Below are positions 56,766-64,000 of a stretch of 64,000 bases of DNA, piece after piece. A model generated the notes under the pieces. That model saw nothing but the letters and a program-made list of their open reading frames with translations, was not told the DNA's origin and searched no databases. The first letter of the stretch is position 1. Each line of letters opens with the position of its first letter. Source of the DNA: Macrostomum lignano (taxonomy: Eukaryota); NCBI GenBank assembly GCA_002269645.1, contig NIVC01001681.1:1-64000 (forward strand). Direction: 5' to 3'. A program made the position numbers and the translations under genes.

Positions 56766-59746
56766 ATGTTTCACCCTGTTAGACTCTCTCTTCTGCTTCT
56801 GAGCGGCTGCTCAGTCTCTTTTTTCTTGTTCCCCGCTGCCGATGCCGCTGTGCCAAGCGGCAGTTTTGTCTACCACGCCGACGAACTGGCCGTCTTTGCC
56901 GATCCGCCGACTCGAACTCCGGCTGCCACCCGCCTGGAGTGCGGAGCCCGCTGCCTGACCGCCTCCTCTGCTGCCGATGCCAGCGACTGCGCCGCCTTCG
57001 CCTTCTCCGCAGCTGATGGAGCCTGCGGCATCGGCTATCGGCTGAATTGGACTGCCGGGAGCGGCGGATGGCTTGGACAGGTGAGCTGGAGGGACAGGTG
57101 AGCTGGAGGGACAGGTGAGCTGGAGGGACAGGTGAGCTGGAGGGACAGGTGAGCTGGAGGGACAGGTGAGCTGGAGGGACAGGTGAGCTGGAGGGACAGG
57201 TGAGCTGGAGGGACAGGTGAGCTGGAGGGACAGGTGAGCTGGAGGGACAGGTGAGCTGGAGGGACAGGTGAGCTGGAGGGACAGGTGAGCTGGAGGGACA
57301 GGTGATCTGGAGGGACAGGTGAGCTGGAGGGACAGGTGAGCTGGAGGGACAGGTGAGCTGGAGGGACAGGTGAGCTGGAGGGACAGGTGAGCTGGAGGGA
57401 CAGGTGAGCTGGAGGGACAGGTGAGCTGGAGGGACAGGTGAGCTGGAGGGACAGGTGAGCTGGAGAGACTATCAAATCTCGTATAGTTAAATGATCCCAA
57501 AATATACTTTAAATTAGGAGAATATTTCAAAACTATCGGGGATAATCTAATCTATAGAAGGGATGATATAATCAAATAGTTTATCTCTAAGCACTTTAAA
57601 TTTTCAAGACCTAATAGTCAATTAAAGAAGAAAAAAGGTGCGCTCTCAAATTATTTATCCGCCGCTCGCATCACTGCAGACGCTGTTCGTAAGGCAGACT
57701 GCAGATTCCGCCGCATCAACAACAACCGTAGCTGGCGCTGGCGCTACAACCGTCGGCGCCACAACTGTCGGCGCTACAACCGGCGCCGCAACGCCAGCAC
57801 CAACAACGGCTCCAAAGGCACCCTATTTGGCTTTCTGGGGCGGCGGCGGGCGGACTTTCGACAGCGGCCGCACGCAGTGCCAGTCGATGGGCTACGCGGA
57901 TCTGGTGTCCTACGATAACCGCATGGGCGGCTCCTCCATGCCTAACGAGTTCAACATCACTGCGGACCTGTTCAAGTCTTATACTGGTGGGTGCATCCTG
58001 ATCCCGATCCTGATCCCGATCCTGATCCCGATCCTGATCCCGATCCTGATCCCGATCCTGATCCCGATCCTGATCCCGATCCTGATCCCGATCCTGATCC
58101 CGATCCTGATCCCGATCCTGATCCCGATCCTGATCCCGATCCTGATCCCGATCCTGATCCCGATCCTGATCCCGATCCTGATCCCGATCCTGATCCCGAT
58201 CCTGATCCCGATCCTGATCCCGATCCTGATCCCGATCCTGATCCCGATCCTGATCCCGATCCTGATCCCGATCCTGATCCCGATCCTGATCCCGATCCTG
58301 ATCCCGATCCTGATCCCGATCCTGATCCCGATCCTGATCCCGATCCTGATCCCGATCCTGATCCCGATCCTGATCCCGATCCTGATCCCGATCCTGATCC
58401 CGATCCTGATCCCGATCCTGATCCCGATCCTGATCCCGATCCTGATCCCGATCCTGATCCCGATCCTGATCCCGATCCTGATCCCGATCCTGATCCCGAT
58501 CCTGATCCCGATCCTGATCCCGATCCTGATCCCGATCCTGATCCCGATCCTGATCCCGATCCTGATCCCGATCCTGATCCCGATCCTGATCCCGATCCTG
58601 ATCCCGATCCTGATCCCGATCCTGATCCCGATCCTGATCCCGATCCTGATCCCGATCCTGATCCCGATCCTGATCCCGATCCTGATCCCGATCCTGATCC
58701 CGATCCTGATCCCGATCCTGATCCCGATCCTGATCCCGATCCTGATCCCGATCCTGATCCCGATCCTGATCCCGATCCTGATCCCGATCCTGATCCCGAT
58801 CCTGATCCCGATCCTGATCCCGATCCTGATCCCGATCCTGATCCCGATCCTGATCCCGATCCTGATCCCGATCCTGATCCCGATCCTGATCCCGATCCTG
58901 ATCCCGATCCTGATCCCGATCCTGATCCCGATCCTGATCCCGATCCTGATCCCGATCCTGATCCCGATCCTGATCCCGATCCTGATCCCGATCCTGATCC
59001 CGATCCTGATCCCGATCCTGATCCCGATCCTGATCCCGATCCTGATCCCGATCCTGATCCCGATCCTGATCCCGATCCTGATCCCGATCCTGATCCCGAT
59101 CCTGATCCCGATCCTGATCCCGATCCTGATCCCGATCCTGATCCCGATCCTGATCCCGATCCTGATCCCGATCCTGATCCCGATCCTGATCCCGATCCTG
59201 ATCCCGATCCTGATCCCGATCCTGATCCCGATCCTGATCCCGATCCTGATCCCGATCCTGATCCCGATCCTGATCCCGATCCTGATCCCGATCCTGATCC
59301 CGATCCTGATCCCGATCCTGATCCCGATCCTGATCCCGATCCTGATCCCGATCCTGATCCCGATCCTGATCCCGATCCTGATCCCGATCCTGATCCCGAT
59401 CCTGATCCCGATCCTGATCCCGATCCTGATCCCGATCCTGATCCCGATCCTGATCCCGATCCTGATCCCGATCCTGATCCCGATCCTGATCCCGATCCTG
59501 ATCCCGATCCAAATACTCGAACTTTCAGACTTCTCCGTCTACCTAATCGGTGCTCGCTACAACACCAGCGACTCCAAGTACCAGTGGGTCAGCGGCGAGG
59601 GCAGCCTGACCCCCAGCCAGTACGTCTGGGCCTCGGCCGCCAACACCAGCGTGCACTGCGTCACGGTGGACAGGACCCCGCCGTACAGCATGCGATCTGT
59701 GGACTGCGCCACCCCTGTGGAGGCCGTCATCTGCGAGCTCGTCTGA
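56766..59746 (+). CDS. Secreted protein: signal peptide + PAN/apple-like domain + Thr/Ala linker + C-type-lectin-like domain; join(56766..57080,57680..57986,59529..59746), 279 aa
   Basis: Hydrophobic N-terminus ending ADA. PAN-like RLECGARC..DCAAFAF..DGAC. CTLD with RTQC, YLIGARY, YQWVSG and HCVTV..VDCATPVEAVICE. Exons join in phase 0 and phase 1. Confidence 0.8.
57075..57465 (+). repeat. 17-bp array GGACAG|GTGAGCTGGAG x23 consisting of the exon-1 donor splice site itself
   Basis: The GT recurs every 17 nt from 57081 to 57455; one variant reads GTGATC. Confidence 0.95.
57995..59509. repeat. Perfect 12-bp array (GATCCTGATCCC)~126 filling intron 2 of the lectin gene
   Basis: Directly visible. 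It is the source of the (ILIP)n, (DP)n and (DRDQ)n ORFs. Confidence 0.97.
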
Positions 59747-59820
59747 GAATGGCTGCTGCACTTGGGGGCTGAAAGAACTGAGCGTCAATACAAACTTTTA
59801 ACTTGGTCCCGCTCTCTCTA

Positions 59821-60165
59821 TGGATCCCGATTTCTGAATCCCGATTTCTAGATCCCGATTTCTGGATCCCGATTGCTGGATCCCGATTTCAAGATCCCGA
59901 TTTCTGGATCCCGATTTCTGGATCCCGATTTCTGGAACTTGATTTCTGGATCCCGATTTCTGGATCCCGATTGCTGGATCCCGATTGCTGGATCCCGATT
60001 TCTGGATCCCGATTTCTGGATCCCGATTTCCGGATCCCGATTTCTGGATCCCGATTTCTGGATCCCGATTTCTGGATCCCGATTTCTGGATCCCGATTTC
60101 TGGATTCCGATTTCTGGATCCCGATTTCTGGATCCCGATTTCGGGATCCCAATTTCCGGATCCCA
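59821..60165. repeat. 14-bp minisatellite GATCCCGATTTCTG, downstream of the lectin gene
   Basis: Directly visible; shares GATCCCGAT with the 12-mer array. Confidence 0.93.
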
Positions 60166-61307
60166 AATCTTTGATCCTTTTTCTGATCCCTGAGTTTTAA
60201 TTTACCCTGCAAACATAAAAACTGTCGCGTTTACCGATTGAACGGTTTGAGCAGAGTTGACAGTGTATTTTATTTGATCTTTGAAAACTTTCCTGCTATT
60301 AAGAAGATGAAGTTGTGAGTTAGCAACTCAAAATATAGTATATCCCAACACGCAAAACAACTGAACAATGAAAATGTGTTTGATTTGTTTTTTTATAAGA
60401 TTGCAATAAAGACAATAAACTCTGAGCCCTCTACTGAACAAGTAGTGCGGTTGGAACGCGTGACAAATTTTCTTCCATACAAGTGGAAAATTCTACTCAG
60501 AATCCCTTTGCTTTGTTTGAGGTTAGGACCGGGGGATGACACGCACGGATCCTGAACTGGTTGCTAATGAAGTCATGGAATTGTCGTCAGAGAATCCGGC
60601 TTAGGCACCAAGAATGCTCTCTCATTATCCTTGGCAACCAAAGTTAATCTCGCTCGTAGATCTGCCGGTAATCCGCACTTCCTATTTAAACTGTGTATTC
60701 GAGTTGCACACGCTAGCAGCAGATTCGCATCTCAAATTTTGCGGCAAAAATGGCGGACCCGGTCGGCAACCAAGACACAATGAAGATGGTTGAGGGAGAA
60801 GATGCAGATCCAGTGAGGTTATTCCTGTTCTAAGACAGTTGAGGTTTTTTGTTAGAATCATAAAAAAGCTTATTTGTCGCAACTCGCAATCCAGCCCACC
60901 CGCACTTGGAATCTCAAAAAATATGAAGAATGGCGGACAGAGGAAGAGAAAAAAGTCTGCTCTTGACTCTGGGCTTTTCTTGAGCTCGACTGCCACCTTG
61001 GCAACAACACGCGACAGAGTTGGGGCTTGAGATGGGACGGGCTGAAGATGATCGCAATCTTGCTGAATGGGTAAGTAAGCAGTTTACAGAGATAAGACAT
61101 AAATTTATGATCCCACTATAAATTCTTAACCCAGAGCAACAGAAACCTGTGGCGCCTCTGCTACGTTCCGCGAGTCCGGCCTCAACATTGCAGCTGTTCT
61201 GTTCGAGCTAAAAATAGGAATAATTGATTATCCCGTTGAGTCTTCTGCTAGCTACTCAACGATCTTGATCTCGGTGATGAGTCTTGCCCACCCAGTAGCT
61301 CAGGTAG

Positions 61308-61864
<557 letters not shown>

Positions 61865-62534
61865 TCGGTCTGTCTGTCTGTCTAGCTATCAGTAAATCAC
61901 TCAACCGTCTTGTTCCCAAGCGCCAAGGTCACGCCCGCTAGTCGGCATTGAATTGTTCAGATTCGAAGGCTCCTCAGACACGCGCTGCCTGCCGCCCCCG
62001 CCGGCGTCCCAGCCGCAGACAACTGCCTTCACTGTCTGCAGACACGCCCCGCGCAGAATTTGTAATGAGCCCAAGGCTATTATTTCGCTTTTTTCTTCAG
62101 CCTGCCCCTAGAAGCAGAAGCCGTGTAATTGAAAATAGAATATATTTTCACTTTTTCAGTCAATGGAGCTGGAGTTGCTGGGTCGCGGAGACCATCAATT
62201 TACTCGCTGCCCTGTAAAGCGCATGTTGTCATAATATTAGCCGGCAGCTATCAGAAGCATCGGCATATAAAGCACTGGGATTAAAGTTCTATTCTGTGCG
62301 CCTGGTTAGAGGCAAGAAAACAAAGGAGCTGAGAAGCTTGAGGATAAAAAAAGTTGGGATTCTTTCATCGCTAAACTATTATTAGAAGTGGTGACGTGAC
62401 CTCACAGCGTGGGCCCCCATGTTGATGACGAGACCCAGATTCCGGTCAGGCTTCGATTCTGACTGCAGCAAAGTGTTACACTTCGTAATTAGGGGGCTGC
62501 TTCACTGCGATCCATTATTTCTGGGAATCGGGAG

Positions 62535-63397
62535 ATTCAGGTTAGATTCAGGTTAGATTCAGGTTGGATTCAGGTTAGATTCAGATTGGATTCAGGTTAG
62601 ATTCAGGTTAGATTCAGGTAAGATTCAGGTTAGGTTCAGATTGGATTCAGGTTGGATTCAGGTTAGATTCAGGTTAGATTCAGATTGGATTCAGGTTGGA
62701 TTCAGGTTAGATTCAGATTAGATTCAGGTTAGGTTCAGATTGGATTCAGGTTGGATTCAGGTTAGATTCAGGTTAGATTCAGATTAGATTCAGGTTAGAT
62801 TCAGGTTAGATTCAGATTAGATTCAGGTTAGATTCAGGTTAGATTCAGGTTAGATTCAGGTTAGATTCAGGTTAGATTCAGATTGGATTCAGGTTGGATT
62901 CAGGTTAGATTCAGGTTGGATTCAGGTTAGATTCAGGTTAGATTCAGGTTAGATTCAGATTGGATTCAGGTTGGATTCAGGTTAGATTCAGATTAGATTC
63001 AGGTTAGGTTCAGATTGGATTCAGGTTGGATTCAGGTTAGATTCAGGTTAGATTCAGATTAGATTCAGGTTAGATTCAGGTTAGATTCAGATTAGATTCA
63101 GGTTAGATTCAGGTTAGATTCAGGTTAGATTCAGGTTGGATTCAGGTAAGATTCAGGTTGGATTCAGGTTAGATTCAGGTTAGATTCAGGTTAGGTTCAG
63201 ATTGGATTCAGGTTGGATTCAGGTTAGATTCAGGTTGGATTCAGGTTAGATTCAGGTTAGATTCAGGTTAGATTCAGATTGGATTCAGGTTGGATTCAGG
63301 TTAGATTCAGGTTGGATTCAGGTTAGGTTCAGGTTAGATTCAGGTTAGATTCAGGTTAGATTCAGGTTAGTTTCAGGTTAGATTCAGGTTAGATTCA
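62535..63397. repeat. 11-bp minisatellite GATTCAG(G/A)TT(A/G), ~78 copies
   Basis: Directly visible. Confidence 0.95.
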
Positions 63398-63599
63398 AAC
63401 TGATAGCTGATCATGTTCTCACTTGTAGTGACTTTTTATACCCCAGATACAAACTAAGAACCCGATGACCTCTTCCCTTTGTTACTGTCTAGAAAGGCAA
63501 GAACTAGAAAGAATTAGGTCACTATTAGGACGAGGCGAATGGACCTATCAATAATTGATTAGCTATAGCAAAAAAAACAATTTAAAACTCTGAGTGAGG

Positions 63600-63900
63600 C
63601 AAAGAATCTTCATTGAAGAATTATTGACAGCTCACACTGACTGAGGGGTACTATCTGCTCCCATGCTGTGTCTGATGCTAGCTTAGGTGACTGAGCAAAG
63701 CGGAAAAGTGTGGCTTCGCGTGATTGTATCCTTGTAGAAGTTACTCCTTCCCTTGTAGTCATATCCTCTCTCTCTCTCAATCTCCCTTGTTCCCGAGTCT
63801 TTGTTAGCCTCCCAGTTTTGAGCACCTCTCCCCCCGATATCCGCGATCAAAGTGACGTCACTGGGCAATTTAAGCGCCACTCCTTGCACGGGGGGGGGGT
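63600..63900 (-). mobile_element. Possible decayed non-LTR retrotransposon fragment (region C-terminal to the RT domain)
   Basis: The minus strand VTSTRIQSREATLFRFAQSPKLASDTAWEQ loosely resembles the LINE motif xT..I..RRLRLAGH..RHP.LAS..LWEP. This is visual similarity only. Confidence 0.3.
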
Positions 63901-64000
63901 TAGCGAAACTACAAATTTATAGCATTATACTGTAGCTATAGAATGCAGATTTATGACTGCAATCTGCACTCTGTCTGAATTCTGCGGCCGGTGAAGCAAA

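Noticed and set aside
57638-59772. 702/598/593-aa ORFs with (ILIP)n, (DRDQ)n and (DP)n
   Set aside because: A 12-bp intronic array. The flanking real exons splice around it (donor 57987, acceptor 59528).

Overview
Eukaryotic (animal) genomic DNA: GC-rich GT-AG exons separated by AT-rich introns filled with minisatellites and transposons. The architecture resembles the flatworm Macrostomum; this is an inference, not something the sequence proves. The window opens with a ~6.2-kb 22-23-bp satellite. Six protein-coding genes can be reconstructed by hand: intronless SF3B6/SF3B14 (+); six-exon RAD54L (+), which has no in-frame ATG of its own; a dystroglycan transmembrane/cytoplasmic-tail-only ORF (+); four-exon SLC17A9/VNUT-like transporter (-); RSPH10B-like MORN-repeat radial-spoke protein (+, 11-12 exons); and a secreted PAN/apple + Thr-rich + C-type-lectin-like protein (+, 3 exons). 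Mobile elements include an intact DD37E Tc1/mariner transposon, a deleted mariner relic, two TIR elements with 7-bp and 8-bp target-site duplications (the latter carrying a nested foldback element with a PHD-finger remnant), two tRNA-derived SINEs and several MITE-like pieces. Most long ORFs in the supplied track are translations of tandem repeats. The strongest leads are: (1) RAD54 begins at a phase-0 splice acceptor exactly at RRSLAPS, suggesting a spliced-leader AUG supplies the start codon within an SF3B6-RAD54(-dystroglycan-like) operon; (2) a 23-copy tandem array built from an exon's own 5' splice site; (3) most long introns carry their own satellite, often related across an exon; (4) a stand-alone dystroglycan tail lacking the PPxY motif.
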